From NCBI GenBank assembly GCA_964495425.1, contig CAZBVG010000003.1, positions 518 to 64,517 of the forward strand: 64,000 nt of DNA, given 5' to 3'. The DNA is from an uncultured Candidatus Saccharibacteria bacterium (GTDB taxonomy: Bacteria; Patescibacteriota; Minisyncoccia; Phycocordibacterales; UBA6065). Made by a program: the position numbers and the translations under genes. This document shows positions 27,376 to 38,240 of the stretch, piece after piece. The notes beneath the pieces are model-generated. The model searched no databases. It was not told the origin of the DNA and was given only the letters and a program-made list of their open reading frames with translations. Within the stretch, counting starts at the first letter, position 1. Each line of letters begins with the position of its first letter.

Positions 27376-28353
27376 CTAAAACGTAACTTCTTTAAAATTG
27401 TGTTTTGGAAAACCCCAATCCGGAGAGTATTCCTTGTATGGAATTTTTGTATCAAGCATGCGCTTTGCATCTTCTACGAATTTCGCATGAGATGCAAGGT
27501 ATTTAACGCCTTTGTGGTGATGATAAATATGATAAAGAGGCTGGGTCAAAATAGTCTGTGAATAGCCTTTGCAATACAAAATATACAGAATGTAACCGTC
27601 GAGGACACCTGAACCAACCGTGACCTCATCGTATCCACGCGATTTTTCGAGCGCTGATTGGTGGAGCATAAGGAAATCTCCTGCAGCATTGGTGTGCATG
27701 AGAGAAGTATTGTTACCTTTCTTGTGCATAAAATTAAACGCGGGGCATTGAAGGAAAATTTTCTTTGTTCTTCCATGTATTAAAGCTGAAAGCCATTCTT
27801 TCCAGGAAACATATTCTGTCCCGTCGTTGTACATTATCTTTATAGTATTTCCCTCGGCGAGTTTGAGCACATCTGGAGCCGTAAGGTTTGCATCAACACT
27901 ATTTATTGAGAGATCTCTTCGATTCACGCGATAAAATTGTTTGGCATCAATTTTCTTGCTCGCAATAAAATCAAATAACTCGTTGCTGTAAAGAACATCA
28001 GGGTTTGTAGCGATAATCCATTCACCACGAGAGCGTCTCATGCCAATATTTTTTGCGATAAATTCACAAATAGGAACTTTCTCATTGTCAGGCAGAGAAA
28101 GGTGAAATTCTTTTGGTACGACAAAGAATCTTACTTCAAAGAATTCGTTTTTTGGAATTGTAAGGCTTTGGTTTAAAAAAGGTTTTCCTTCGACAGGATT
28201 ATATTCAACAAACACCATCTCTGTTGGTAGTTTTGTGCGTTCTGCCTGATAAGCAAGTACCTTAAGAAAGGCATTTATTCGGTTGATCCAATTGCCACCA
28301 TAATCATCATTTCGAGCCATGGCTACAACAGAAAGGAAGGGTTTTTGCATCAC
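27376..28353 (-). CDS. putative GT-A fold glycosyltransferase (GT2/beta4GalT-like N-terminal motif)
   Basis: 325 aa; LSVVAMARNDDYGGN...EMVFVEYN...NPD. Confidence 0.4.
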   Translation of the reverse strand: MMQKPFLSVVAMARNDDYGGNWINRINAFLKVLAYQAERTKLPTEMVFVEYNPVEGKPFLNQSLTIPKNEFFEVRFFVVPKEFHLSLPDNEKVPICEFIAKNIGMRRSRGEWIIATNPDVLYSNELFDFIASKKIDAKQFYRVNRRDLSINSVDANLTAPDVLKLAEGNTIKIMYNDGTEYVSWKEWLSALIHGRTKKIFLQCPAFNFMHKKGNNTSLMHTNAAGDFLMLHQSALEKSRGYDEVTVGSGVLDGYILYILYCKGYSQTILTQPLYHIYHHHKGVKYLASHAKFVEDAKRMLDTKIPYKEYSPDWGFPKHNFKEVTF

Positions 28354-29216
28354 TAGTTGATTATATACTTCTTTAAGTCCTCACTGAATCTCTCGTTGTT
28401 TGTTTTTTGTCGCCACATATAAAGTGGCACAAAAATGGTGTAGCTATTTTTGAATGTCTCTGCGACCTGAAAGTTAAAATCACGATCTGCGCCACGGCCA
28501 GCAAATGATGGCCAGACGCGGTCTGCAAGTTTTCTAAATTGTACTTTTTCTATAACTTCACGACGAAAAAGAGGTGAGTTGCCGGTGCCTGGGTATGGAG
28601 CAAGTGAGCCGAAGAAAAGCTTATTGAGTATTCGAGCTCGCTTCCATTCAAAATCTATCTTCCGTGAAAGCTGAGGGAGAAATTTGAGGAAGATTCCTTT
28701 GGTTTCCCGCGCAAGATCAAGAATCTCATTTGGTCGAACGATGAGATTCTTGTGATCAAGTATAAACTGACGAGCATTAAATTTTTTACCAAGATACTTC
28801 TCGTCAAACTTCTGCCAATCAAGCGTCATGTGGGTTGCCTTGTGGTAAATGAGAAGTTCGTACTGAACTTCAATTCTATTTACGAAAGAAGCATCGTCTG
28901 CATCCTGAAATGTGATGAATTCACCTTTAGCTTTCTCGAATCCGTAATTTCTCGACATATAGCCGGCGTTTATATTTCGCCCACGTTTGTTTACGCGCTC
29001 TGGGTCATCGGTCGGCAAAGAAAAGTACTTTACTCGAGGGTCTTTTTGAACAAAAGGCATAACAACGCTCTTCGTGTCATCAGTTGAGTTGTCGTCAACA
29101 ACAAGAACTTCAAGGTTCTGCCAAGTTTGCCTAGTGATTGATTCAATCGCTACTCCAATTGTCTTTTTATTGTTGTGAGCAGGGATGATGACTGAAATAA
29201 GGGGTTTTGGAATCAT
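28353..29216 (-). CDS. glycosyltransferase family 2
   Basis: 287 aa; LISVIIPAHNNKKTIGVAIESI...VVDDNSTDDT...QDADD. Confidence 0.85.
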   Translation of the reverse strand: MIPKPLISVIIPAHNNKKTIGVAIESITRQTWQNLEVLVVDDNSTDDTKSVVMPFVQKDPRVKYFSLPTDDPERVNKRGRNINAGYMSRNYGFEKAKGEFITFQDADDASFVNRIEVQYELLIYHKATHMTLDWQKFDEKYLGKKFNARQFILDHKNLIVRPNEILDLARETKGIFLKFLPQLSRKIDFEWKRARILNKLFFGSLAPYPGTGNSPLFRREVIEKVQFRKLADRVWPSFAGRGADRDFNFQVAETFKNSYTIFVPLYMWRQKTNNERFSEDLKKYIIN

Positions 29217-30382
29217 AATTCGAGTTTAGTATCGATGAATTGAGTGTATGCTTCTTCGAATTTCTCCATAGTATTGTGTTTACGAACATATGACCAGACG
29301 TCATAGGCTTTTGATCGTAATACATCATCTGAGGTGTTCATCATCTTCTGCATTTCCGCTTGAATACTTTCAACACTTGTTTCTTTGAGGACAATAGCTG
29401 GCGCATCTTCGGCGATACCGGTTTCCGGCGTGATTACAGGAATGAGGCTCGCGTGCATGGCCTGAATCACCGCACCAGATGTGCCCTCAGAACATGATGG
29501 ATAGATAATTGCTACGCATTCATTAGCGATGTCACTAAAAAGTTGATTGCCAACAATCATGTGACCTTGAGCATTCACTTTCGGTCGATCGTGCAGGATA
29601 AGATCAGGAGATGAGAGTTCATTAGCAAAAGCATCGATAAAATCTCTTTCTTTTGTGATTGGACCAATGATATGGAGTTTTGTACCAGGCATTCGTGAAA
29701 ATGCTTCGAGCACGAGATCGAGACCTTTGTGAACCGCGCCGCCACCACCAAACCACATGAACGTTTTTTTTACCTTTTCAAAGTCTTTTGAATCAGGGAA
29801 AGAAAATTCATGAGCTACTGAAGCGGGAATAGGAAAAATTGATTTTCCAAAACGCGCGTATGTTGCCTGAATAGTTTTATTACCGAAACCTTCGAGGAAA
29901 TTAGCATACTTGGGGTTAAGGGAGACATACTCTTGGCGGCGAGGGATGAGTTGAATGTCACGACGGCTTTTGATACGGCGAAGTCGCTTTGCTTCTGCTT
30001 CATTTTGGAATTCAGAATACGCAGAAACTATATGCATCACTCGTTTGCAATCTCTCGGCAAAAGATGTTCAAGTCGCTCAAGATTCTTCTGGATGTCGAT
30101 GCAGACTTTGTAAGGTTTTTTAGGAATGAACGTTGTGTTGTCCCAATCAATTACATCAACATCATATCCGCGCTTTGAAAAAAGTTCAGCGATTTTTATG
30201 CACTCAGCATAGCTCGTGTGCGGATCAGTTTTTCGCTCTTTAGGTGTGAGAGTAAAAGGGGATGAAAGATACGAAAGAAGTATGGCGCCTTTCTTTGCAC
30301 CGAGAGCTCTTACGGTTACTGGCTTACCAAGCTTTACCGCGATTTTATTTCGATATGCTTCAAAAATACTAAGCTTCTGCAT
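29213..30382 (-). CDS. glycosyltransferase family 4
   Basis: SCSEGTSGAVIQAMHASLIPVITPETGI; start placed at internal ATG (MQKLSIF...), giving 14-nt overlap with asnB instead of 77 nt for the ORF-track start at 30445. Confidence 0.7.
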   Translation of the reverse strand: MQKLSIFEAYRNKIAVKLGKPVTVRALGAKKGAILLSYLSSPFTLTPKERKTDPHTSYAECIKIAELFSKRGYDVDVIDWDNTTFIPKKPYKVCIDIQKNLERLEHLLPRDCKRVMHIVSAYSEFQNEAEAKRLRRIKSRRDIQLIPRRQEYVSLNPKYANFLEGFGNKTIQATYARFGKSIFPIPASVAHEFSFPDSKDFEKVKKTFMWFGGGGAVHKGLDLVLEAFSRMPGTKLHIIGPITKERDFIDAFANELSSPDLILHDRPKVNAQGHMIVGNQLFSDIANECVAIIYPSCSEGTSGAVIQAMHASLIPVITPETGIAEDAPAIVLKETSVESIQAEMQKMMNTSDDVLRSKAYDVWSYVRKHNTMEKFEEAYTQFIDTKLEL

Positions 30383-32129
30383 GATAGTTTGCGTGTTTCT
30401 TAAACCAGACAAGTAGGCATAGTATAAGCCATAATTTAGTTGCATACTTCTTGTTTCCAGCGTAGAAGGTGTCGCATACTTTTAATGCTGTGTTTTTATC
30501 TATGTATTTGAAAGCAAGTGAATTCTCAGTAAAAAGTTTGTCTATGTATGACTTCATGGAAGCGTCTGTAAGCCAGCTATCTACTGGTGCACCGAAACCT
30601 TGTTTGCGGCGATATACGAATTCCTTTGGAAATATTTCAGCGAGGATTTCTTTAAGAATAATTTTGTTTTCAGTCTTTGAAAGTTTGAATTCAACAGGCA
30701 GATTGTACACATACTCAACTAATGCTGTGTCGAGGAATGGTGAGCGGATCTCGAGTGAGTGCATCATGCTCGTCCGGTCGATTTTCGAGAGAAGTTGTCC
30801 AGGAAGATAGTATTTAAGATCAAATGCGTTTATTTTCTCGATTGGATTTCTAGCACCCTTAGAAACATCAGTTTTGAATGAATCCTGAGAAGTCGCAGTT
30901 CTAAGGAGACTTTTTCTTTCAGAATCATCAAATACAGTCACAGTTTTCTGAGCCGCAGTATATGAATTCCCAAATATTCGCCCCAAACTCCATCGTGGTG
31001 TGTGCCAATATTTCTGATACCAGCCGTATCCCATGAAAAGTTCATCAGCGCCGTCACCTGTTAGAGCAACTTTTACTTTTGTCGCGGCAAGTCCAGAAAT
31101 AAGATGCTGGGGAAAATTTGAAGTATCAGCATGGGGTTCATCCATGTATTCAATGATTTCTTCAAGTGCATTAATGAGATTTTCTTTTACATTCAGGCTA
31201 TGGTGATCCGTTCCAATCTTTTTCGAGGCTTCAAGTGCAAATGGGAGCTCATTTTTATTTCCTTCGTATCCTACAGAAAATGTTTTGATAGGAAATGTAG
31301 AATACTTTTGCGCATAGTGAGTAACAAGTGTTGAATCCACGCCACCAGAAAGAAGTGATCCAACCTCAACATCAGCAACCATTCTCTTCTTTACTGCTTC
31401 ATCAAAAAGCTTCTTTATGGTGTTTTTTGCTTTATCTCGTGTTACTGAGATCTCTTTCTTTTCAAGATCCCAATATCGCCATGTTTCAAGCTTCCCGTCT
31501 TTCACAATACCAGCATGAGCGGGGAGAACGGTGTGAATATTTTCATAGATAGTTCGATTCGGCGCCACGTACATATATTGCAAGAAACCATCAAGTGCCA
31601 CTGGATCGATCTTGCCTTTGATGAGTTTGGTCGCAAAAATAGATTTGATTTCAGAAGCAGCAATAAATACGTCGTTTACGGTAGCAAAATAGAAAGGCTT
31701 TTTACCAAATCTATCGCGAGCAATAAACATCTCCTTTTTCTTTTCGTCCCAGATGGCAAAAGCAAACATTCCATCGATATATTTCACACAGTCTTTTCCG
31801 TATTCTGCGTACGCTTTCAAAATGACTTCGGTGTCAGAGTTTGTACTGAATTTGTGGCCTTTTAAAATAAGATCGTTTCGTAAATCTTTATATCCATAGA
31901 TTTCTCCATTAAAAACGATGGCGTGTGGATTAGTATTATCCTTCATTGGTTGATGACCACCAGTGAGATCGACAATTGAGAGTCGTGTTTGTCCAATTAC
32001 TGCCTCCGGAAAGTGCAAAAACCCCTTATCATCAGGGCCGCGCCTTGAAAGGCAAGAAAGCATCGAAGTTACCTTCGAATCGTTTATAGTAGATGCCTTT
32101 TTGCCCTGAATGGCTATGATTCCGCACAT
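30369..32129 (-). CDS. asnB: asparagine synthase (glutamine-hydrolysing)-family amidotransferase
   Basis: 586 aa; N-terminal MCGIIAIQG nucleophile, SGGVDSTLV PP-loop. Confidence 0.9.
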   Translation of the reverse strand: MCGIIAIQGKKASTINDSKVTSMLSCLSRRGPDDKGFLHFPEAVIGQTRLSIVDLTGGHQPMKDNTNPHAIVFNGEIYGYKDLRNDLILKGHKFSTNSDTEVILKAYAEYGKDCVKYIDGMFAFAIWDEKKKEMFIARDRFGKKPFYFATVNDVFIAASEIKSIFATKLIKGKIDPVALDGFLQYMYVAPNRTIYENIHTVLPAHAGIVKDGKLETWRYWDLEKKEISVTRDKAKNTIKKLFDEAVKKRMVADVEVGSLLSGGVDSTLVTHYAQKYSTFPIKTFSVGYEGNKNELPFALEASKKIGTDHHSLNVKENLINALEEIIEYMDEPHADTSNFPQHLISGLAATKVKVALTGDGADELFMGYGWYQKYWHTPRWSLGRIFGNSYTAAQKTVTVFDDSERKSLLRTATSQDSFKTDVSKGARNPIEKINAFDLKYYLPGQLLSKIDRTSMMHSLEIRSPFLDTALVEYVYNLPVEFKLSKTENKIILKEILAEIFPKEFVYRRKQGFGAPVDSWLTDASMKSYIDKLFTENSLAFKYIDKNTALKVCDTFYAGNKKYATKLWLILCLLVWFKKHANYHAEA

Positions 32130-32165
32130 AAAGATAATGGTAGCATTTTCTTGCTTTTTATAATA

Positions 32166-32195
32166 AAAACACCGCTGCGAGATTACAGCGGTGGT
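32166..32195 (-). terminator. intrinsic terminator after the DegT gene (minus strand)
   Basis: minus strand reads CCACCGCTG-loop-CAGCGGTG then TTTTTATTAT. Confidence 0.65.
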
Positions 32196-32199
32196 CTAT

Positions 32200-33390
32200 T
32201 TATCGTGAAGAAAGCAATTTTATGAGTATCTCAACTTCTTTTTTGGTCAAATCAGGGTTATTCGCAAAATAAAATCCATGAGAATGAATGAAGTGCGCGT
32301 TTTTATTTTCTTTGTTTTTTGAAGAGACGTGTTTTTTATAGAAAGGCTGTTTTGTAATATCTCCTGCAATAATAGGGCGAATTTCCACGAGGTTATCTTC
32401 AAATTTCTTTTTGTATGCATGGAAAAGCTCTTCATCTTTAACAATAATCGGCATAGCAAAGTTCGAAACAATATCCATGTGATTAACATCAACAGGTATA
32501 AAGTCCTTATTTTCTGCTACTGCCTCAGCAAACTTTCTGAAGTTATTTTCTCGAGCATTCACGAGTACATCCCAATGCGGCAATTGAAGATTACCGAGAA
32601 ATCCATTCACATCTGTGGGCCGTACATTGTATGCAAGATCGTAGAAAGAATATTTTGCATGGAAATCACCGATATCGTGTTTATTTCGGAAGTGCGCTTG
32701 TTTGTGTGGAGGCAGATTTCTGTCCCAACCATGAGCACGTGCCATTACAATCGCGTGATAAAGATCCTCATCATCAGTACAAACCATGCCGCCTTCAATA
32801 GTTGAAATATGGTGGGCGACAAAGAAAGAAAAGGTTGAGGCAAGACTAAAGTTGCCAAGTAGTCTTCCTTTTACTTTCGAGCCAAGTGATTCGCAGTTAT
32901 CCTCAAGAAGAATAATTTTTTTAGCCTTACATTCTTTTTCAATAGCTTCTATGTCATCGCTAAAGCCAAGTACGTTCGTTAGAAAGAGCGCATCAAGATT
33001 TTTTAAGTGTGGCTTAAGGGTTTCAGGAGAGATGTTGAGTGTTGAAAGAGACACATCAATCGCAACAGGGTTGAGACCTAATTGAATAATCGGCATTACG
33101 TTTGTGGCCCAGGTTAGAGAGGAGATTCCTACATTCGCACCTGCTTTTATTTTACCTATGTTGATAAGAGCTTGGAGTAAGATGAGGTTTGCGCTTGAAC
33201 CGCTATTTACGAACACTGCATGTTTTCGTTCCTGTTTTTTGGCAAAGTCCTCTTCAAATTTCTTTGTCTCTTTACCCATGCTCAAAATATCTGATTTGAG
33301 TATGAAGTCTGCCAACTTTTTTCGTGTCTCCGCCTCATTGAAAAAGGCGGCCTTCATAAGCTTTATCGGTTTTTTGTTGGTTGTTTTCAT
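32200..33390 (-). CDS. DegT/DnrJ/EryC1/StrS-family sugar aminotransferase (for example GDP-perosamine-synthase-like)
   Basis: 396 aa; HAVFVNSGSSANLILLQA...LEDNCESLGS...FSFFVAHHISTIEGGMV. Confidence 0.8.
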   Translation of the reverse strand: MKTTNKKPIKLMKAAFFNEAETRKKLADFILKSDILSMGKETKKFEEDFAKKQERKHAVFVNSGSSANLILLQALINIGKIKAGANVGISSLTWATNVMPIIQLGLNPVAIDVSLSTLNISPETLKPHLKNLDALFLTNVLGFSDDIEAIEKECKAKKIILLEDNCESLGSKVKGRLLGNFSLASTFSFFVAHHISTIEGGMVCTDDEDLYHAIVMARAHGWDRNLPPHKQAHFRNKHDIGDFHAKYSFYDLAYNVRPTDVNGFLGNLQLPHWDVLVNARENNFRKFAEAVAENKDFIPVDVNHMDIVSNFAMPIIVKDEELFHAYKKKFEDNLVEIRPIIAGDITKQPFYKKHVSSKNKENKNAHFIHSHGFYFANNPDLTKKEVEILIKLLSSR

Positions 33391-34388
33391 TATTTCTTTT
33401 TCTTCTTTCCGGTCGTGACAGATTCTACATCTTTAATCCAAGCTTTCAAGAGAGGGATTTCTTCTGGTGGAACAAGCTTTGCCTGAACGAGAGCTTCGTA
33501 TGCCAATAGCATGTTTTCTGACATGGAAACTTTTTCCTGAAGTGCCTTCTTTGTAATGTTCACAATTTCTTCTGAATGGAGGTAAATGAGAATTTCTTCT
33601 TTGAAATCACGGAGATAATTATGGGGATTTCGTTCCTGAGTTACGGTCGAAGGAGTAAAACCAAGAGAGTACCCGTAATGCGCCATTATTGGTTGTGCTA
33701 CAAGTCCGCGGAGAATATCGCTTGCTCTTGGGGTGATATATGAAGGCAAGTACATGAGAACATAGGTATCTTTGTGGAATGTTGTGCTTTGGCAGTTGAA
33801 AGGACAAATCGTCCCTGGAGAAAGTACGAGCGGTTTTCGATCTTTAAAATAAACAAAATCATTGTTTACTAGTCTGTAAATTGCATCTACGTCAGTATCT
33901 TTATCGGCAAGATGCTGCCATGCTCCGATTTTGTGCTCAGCATCAATTTCTTTTGGCTTATTGTCCGTAAGAATCATGTTGAGCGGATATCCACGAGGCC
34001 AGACAAACTTCTCGGTGAAATGTTTGTAGATGTTTACGAACCCATCCTGTTTGAGGGTTTTGAATTTTCCTGTGAAAGGGAATGCGCTCCAGCGTTTGTT
34101 TGGAATGTTGTCATCATCAGATTGAGTGATGAATTCAGCACCCTCTCGCATTGCTTCAAGATAGGCAAGGTTGGCACGTGCCGGGAGATTCCAGGGAAGT
34201 TTCTCAACAATTGAATAAGGAAGCTTGAGCTGATCTTCTGGGGAAATATACGTTACGTTTTTGTAGTTCCAACCAGCCGGAGTTTTCTTGTCACCAACCA
34301 TGATGGTTTTCCAATCTTTCATTTCGGCATACTTTCGTACTGCTTCGGTCGGAGCGTTTATTGAGGTCATTACTACGTAGTTTTTCAT
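33390..34388 (-). CDS. hypothetical protein, possibly DUF288/STELLO-like glycosyltransferase
   Basis: 332 aa; N-terminal VVMTSINAPTEAVRKY...IMVGDKKTP. Confidence 0.3.
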   Translation of the reverse strand: MKNYVVMTSINAPTEAVRKYAEMKDWKTIMVGDKKTPAGWNYKNVTYISPEDQLKLPYSIVEKLPWNLPARANLAYLEAMREGAEFITQSDDDNIPNKRWSAFPFTGKFKTLKQDGFVNIYKHFTEKFVWPRGYPLNMILTDNKPKEIDAEHKIGAWQHLADKDTDVDAIYRLVNNDFVYFKDRKPLVLSPGTICPFNCQSTTFHKDTYVLMYLPSYITPRASDILRGLVAQPIMAHYGYSLGFTPSTVTQERNPHNYLRDFKEEILIYLHSEEIVNITKKALQEKVSMSENMLLAYEALVQAKLVPPEEIPLLKAWIKDVESVTTGKKKKK

Positions 34389-34392
34389 GGTT

Positions 34393-35340
34393 TTATTTCT
34401 TTTTACCGATTAAATAATGATTACCTTTAAAATGCTCTATTTCTCGATCAATCCACGTGTAGCTATTTTCTCGCTTTTGCATATCGGCATAGTATGACAG
34501 GTTGTCTATACCACCAAAAAGATTTTGGTAGCCAATAAGCTGGTGTTTGCTATTTCTTGCAAAGTTTTCAATCTTTTTTCTCAATTTAACAGGGGATTCG
34601 CTCGTAGACCATGTAGCAATAAAGATGTTTGGATGTGCACCTTGGAGCTGCTTGGTCAGTTTACTTATATCTGAGAGAAGCACAACAGAGTTTGATTCCT
34701 GAGTCGGTGCAGTATGGATTTTGATTGGAAGATTGATTGATGAAAGGAAATACTCTTGAAGAGCTGAAAATTCAGGTAGATCAAAAATAACGTATGTGCC
34801 TTTAAATCCCAATTGGAAAAAGAGTCGAGCCATGCTTCCATATCCACCACCGAATTCAAAAATGTACTGCATGTTCGGAATGGATATTCTATGTTGCTCA
34901 ACTAGTTGTGAAAGGTGATATGCATGATGAATCAGATTTCCACCGCTTGTTGGGTAAGCTTTATATTCAGGTGGATTGCCGGCAGGATTTTCAGTAAGTG
35001 CTTTTTCCCAGGTACTCCATGAAGGCAAATTCTTTAAATGCTCAAGTTCGAGCACCGGGGCTTCCGTATACATTGTTACGGCAACGTCAGGCCAACGAGT
35101 AAAATTCCGAGGATCTTTATTGAGAATATTTTGACGCATCTCGTTGAGGCGTCTGAGCCATTTATGTGATGTAGAATTTTCTTTCGTAAACTCGAGGGGT
35201 GGAAGAGAAGAAATTTTTTTACGAAATGTTTCTATAAGACGTGACTCTTTTTCGGTCGGAGCTGGTAATGCAGGAGGTTCCAAAGTCTTTTCCTTTGTTT
35301 TGAATAAGTGCTTTATTTTATTTTTTATTCTTGTGATCAT
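34393..35340 (-). CDS. SAM-dependent methyltransferase (putative sugar O-methyltransferase)
   Basis: 315 aa; YIFEFGGGYGSMARLF glycine-rich SAM motif. Confidence 0.5.
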   Translation of the reverse strand: MITRIKNKIKHLFKTKEKTLEPPALPAPTEKESRLIETFRKKISSLPPLEFTKENSTSHKWLRRLNEMRQNILNKDPRNFTRWPDVAVTMYTEAPVLELEHLKNLPSWSTWEKALTENPAGNPPEYKAYPTSGGNLIHHAYHLSQLVEQHRISIPNMQYIFEFGGGYGSMARLFFQLGFKGTYVIFDLPEFSALQEYFLSSINLPIKIHTAPTQESNSVVLLSDISKLTKQLQGAHPNIFIATWSTSESPVKLRKKIENFARNSKHQLIGYQNLFGGIDNLSYYADMQKRENSYTWIDREIEHFKGNHYLIGKKK

Positions 35341-36257
35341 TAGATTTTTTCTCCAGTTTCACGATCTAGTTTAATCCATCGATCTGGCATCAGGTCGCGT
35401 ATATCCATTGGCTTGTTAAACCATTTGTGCGGAGCGATCACTACCTGACCTTTTGTTTCACCAAGCCATGCACCCCACCAGCCGAATGTACTGTTTGAAA
35501 GAATGTGGTGTTTACAGTAGCTCATGAGGGTAATGTCTTCGTAATTTTTCGCTGCACCTTGACCATTGAATGTCATAGGGTGAGGGATTTTAAAGTTCGA
35601 TTTTACCCAATCGATACTGTCAGAAAATATAAAGAAATGAGGATTAGGAACTTTCTCCGCCATAAGTTCTACGGCTTTGTAGTAGTAATCCATTGAGCAG
35701 AGTCCATGGAATTTAGCTTGTTCTGGTTTGTCAGCAAAGTCACCACGACGAATGTGAAGGCAAATAGGGTTCTTTGTTGATCTAATTTTTTGAGCAAGGT
35801 CAGCACCTTCTTTGCCGAGGCTTCCTTTAATCGAGAAATCCTTCTTGAGGGTATCTCTAATTTCACTAAAGTATTTTTCTGTTTGCCAATATCCATCAAG
35901 ATATGCGTCTCCGGACGTGTTCTTTATGGATTCATTAAAAGGGAAGTCGTACTCCTTTTTGTATTTTCCAAAAGTAAGTAGCGCTCGATCAAGTTGAAGT
36001 TTCTTTACAACCCTTGAGACAGATTTTGGGAGCCGATCAAGAAAAATCGAATATTTTTTGTACTTAAAAATTTCTTTTTCGCTTGCAATGTTCTCAATGA
36101 TTTTGAAATGATCGAGGCTGTATTCATGATGTTCGTATGTTGCAAAGTCAGACGTGTCGAGTTTGAACGCTTGTTTCGTATGTAAGGAAATCGCACGGGC
36201 GGTGGCATATTGAAACATCTGATTTCCTAATCCACCGATGACTTTTACTATGATCAT
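35340..36257 (-). CDS. alpha-1,2-fucosyltransferase (GT11)
   Basis: 305 aa; IGGLGNQMFQYA, ICLHIRRGDF, SNSTFGWWGAWL motifs. Confidence 0.85.
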   Translation of the reverse strand: MIIVKVIGGLGNQMFQYATARAISLHTKQAFKLDTSDFATYEHHEYSLDHFKIIENIASEKEIFKYKKYSIFLDRLPKSVSRVVKKLQLDRALLTFGKYKKEYDFPFNESIKNTSGDAYLDGYWQTEKYFSEIRDTLKKDFSIKGSLGKEGADLAQKIRSTKNPICLHIRRGDFADKPEQAKFHGLCSMDYYYKAVELMAEKVPNPHFFIFSDSIDWVKSNFKIPHPMTFNGQGAAKNYEDITLMSYCKHHILSNSTFGWWGAWLGETKGQVVIAPHKWFNKPMDIRDLMPDRWIKLDRETGEKI

Positions 36258-37195
36258 TATTTTTTCTGATTAAGATACCACTCAATGGTATTTTTAAGTC
36301 CCTGATCAAAAGGCATTTTTGCTCTGTACCCAAATTCCTTTTCAGCCTTAGAGATATCAAGAGCTCTTCGTGGCTGTCCGTCGAGTGATCCGTTCCAACG
36401 AATTTCCCCTTTGAATTTCATATACTCAACAATTTTTTCAACTACATGTTTGATGCTGATCTCTTGTCCCGATCCAAGATTTACTGGATCTGGTTTGTCG
36501 TATTTTTCCGCTGCCGAAACAATCCCTTCTGCGGCATCTCCTGCGTATAAGAACTCGCGAGTAGGTTTTCCGGTACCCCAAACATCAATAAATCCAGTCT
36601 TCTTTTCTTCGGCCTCACGTACTTTTCGTACGATTGCAGGAATTACATGTGAGGATTCAGGATCAAAATCATCTCGCGGGCCGTAGAGATTTACTGTGAG
36701 AAGATGAATTGCATTCATATTATACTGCTGTCTGTATGCCTGTGCCTGTACGAGCATCATCTTTTTTGCGAGTCCATATGGCGCGTTGGTCTCCTCAGGG
36801 TATCCAGTCCAAAGATTTTCCTCCTTAAATGGAACAGGAGTGATTTTTGGGTATGCGCAAATTGATCCAAGTCCTAGAAATTTTTCAACACCTTCGAGTC
36901 TTGCCGCCTCCATAAGCTGGGTGTTCATGATGAGATTATCGTAGAAAAGCTCACCCGGTTTCGCCTTGTTATAACCGATCCCGCCCGCATTCGCTGCAAG
37001 ATGGATTACCACATCCATACCTTTAACTGCTTTTACGCAATTTTCCCACACGCGAAGATCGCAAGTTTTTGAGCGGGGAACAGAGATATTTTTCTTAGGA
37101 ACTCCTCGTTCAAGCAATTTTTCCACCACATATGAACCGAGAAATCCTCCACCACCAGTAACCAATATTTTCTTTTTTGTGAGGTCTATTTTCAT
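36257..37195 (-). CDS. fcl: GDP-L-fucose synthase (GDP-4-keto-6-deoxymannose 3,5-epimerase/4-reductase)
   Basis: [12 protein letters not shown]...YAGDAAEG...; start at MKIDL, 1 nt after the gmd stop (ORF-track start 37228). Confidence 0.9.
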   Translation of the reverse strand: MKIDLTKKKILVTGGGGFLGSYVVEKLLERGVPKKNISVPRSKTCDLRVWENCVKAVKGMDVVIHLAANAGGIGYNKAKPGELFYDNLIMNTQLMEAARLEGVEKFLGLGSICAYPKITPVPFKEENLWTGYPEETNAPYGLAKKMMLVQAQAYRQQYNMNAIHLLTVNLYGPRDDFDPESSHVIPAIVRKVREAEEKKTGFIDVWGTGKPTREFLYAGDAAEGIVSAAEKYDKPDPVNLGSGQEISIKHVVEKIVEYMKFKGEIRWNGSLDGQPRRALDISKAEKEFGYRAKMPFDQGLKNTIEWYLNQKK

Positions 37196-37196
37196 A

Positions 37197-38240
37197 TTAT
37201 TTTCTAGATATATATTGCTCTTGTTCAAAATCTGCTTGGGCCATAATTTTTACTAATTCTTTAAACTTAACCTTTGGCGACCACCGGAGTTTTTTCTTTG
37301 CCTTAGAGTAGTCTCCAATGAGCAGATCAACTTCAGAGGGCCTGAAGTACACAGGATCAATCTCAATCACTGTTTTACCTGTCTTTTTATCGATACCTTT
37401 CTCTGAAAGACCTTTACCTTTCCACACTATGTTCATGCCCAGATGTTTTGCAGTTTCTTCCACAAACTCACGTACGGTGTGTGTTTCATTTGTGGCAATC
37501 ACATAATCATCGGGCTTATCTTGCTGGAGCATAAGCCACATAGCTTCAGCGTAATCTTTTGCGTAGCCCCAATCTCTTTTTGCGTTAAGATTTCCCAAAT
37601 ATAGTTTATCTTCCAGACCAAGTTTGATACGAGAGAGTCCTCGGGTTATCTTTCTGGTTACAAATGTTTCACCTCGTCTAGGCGATTCGTGATTAAAAAG
37701 AATTCCATTGCACGCAAAGATACCGTAGCTTTCTCGATAATTTTTAGTAATCCAGTATGAATATACTTTTGCGCAGCCATAAGGGGAACGAGGGTAGAAC
37801 GGTGTGGTTTCTTTTTGGGGAGTTTCAACGACCATTCCAAACATTTCAGAAGAAGACGCTTGATAGAATTTTGTTTTGATACCGCTTTCTCGGATTGCAT
37901 CAAGGAAGCGGAGTGTTCCTAGTCCAGTCACATCTCCAGTGTATTCGGGGGTAAGAAAACTTATACCCACATGACTTTGTGCTCCGAGATTATAAATTTC
38001 ATCTGGTTTTATTTTTTCAATAAGTCTTGAAATGTTACTGCTGTCAGATAAGTCGCCGTAATGAAGGAATAGTTTAACTCCCTTTTTATGGGGATCTTGA
38101 AGAAGGTGATCTATACGAGAGGTGTTGAATGAAGATGATCTTCGGCGTATACCATGTACTTCATATCCTTTCTCAAGGAGAAGTTCAGCAAGGTAAGATC
38201 CATCTTGTCCTGTAATTCCAGTAATTAAAGCTTTTTTCAT
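37197..38240 (-). CDS. gmd: GDP-mannose 4,6-dehydratase
   Basis: 347 aa; [46 protein letters not shown]. Confidence 0.95.
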   Translation of the reverse strand: MKKALITGITGQDGSYLAELLLEKGYEVHGIRRRSSSFNTSRIDHLLQDPHKKGVKLFLHYGDLSDSSNISRLIEKIKPDEIYNLGAQSHVGISFLTPEYTGDVTGLGTLRFLDAIRESGIKTKFYQASSSEMFGMVVETPQKETTPFYPRSPYGCAKVYSYWITKNYRESYGIFACNGILFNHESPRRGETFVTRKITRGLSRIKLGLEDKLYLGNLNAKRDWGYAKDYAEAMWLMLQQDKPDDYVIATNETHTVREFVEETAKHLGMNIVWKGKGLSEKGIDKKTGKTVIEIDPVYFRPSEVDLLIGDYSKAKKKLRWSPKVKFKELVKIMAQADFEQEQYISRK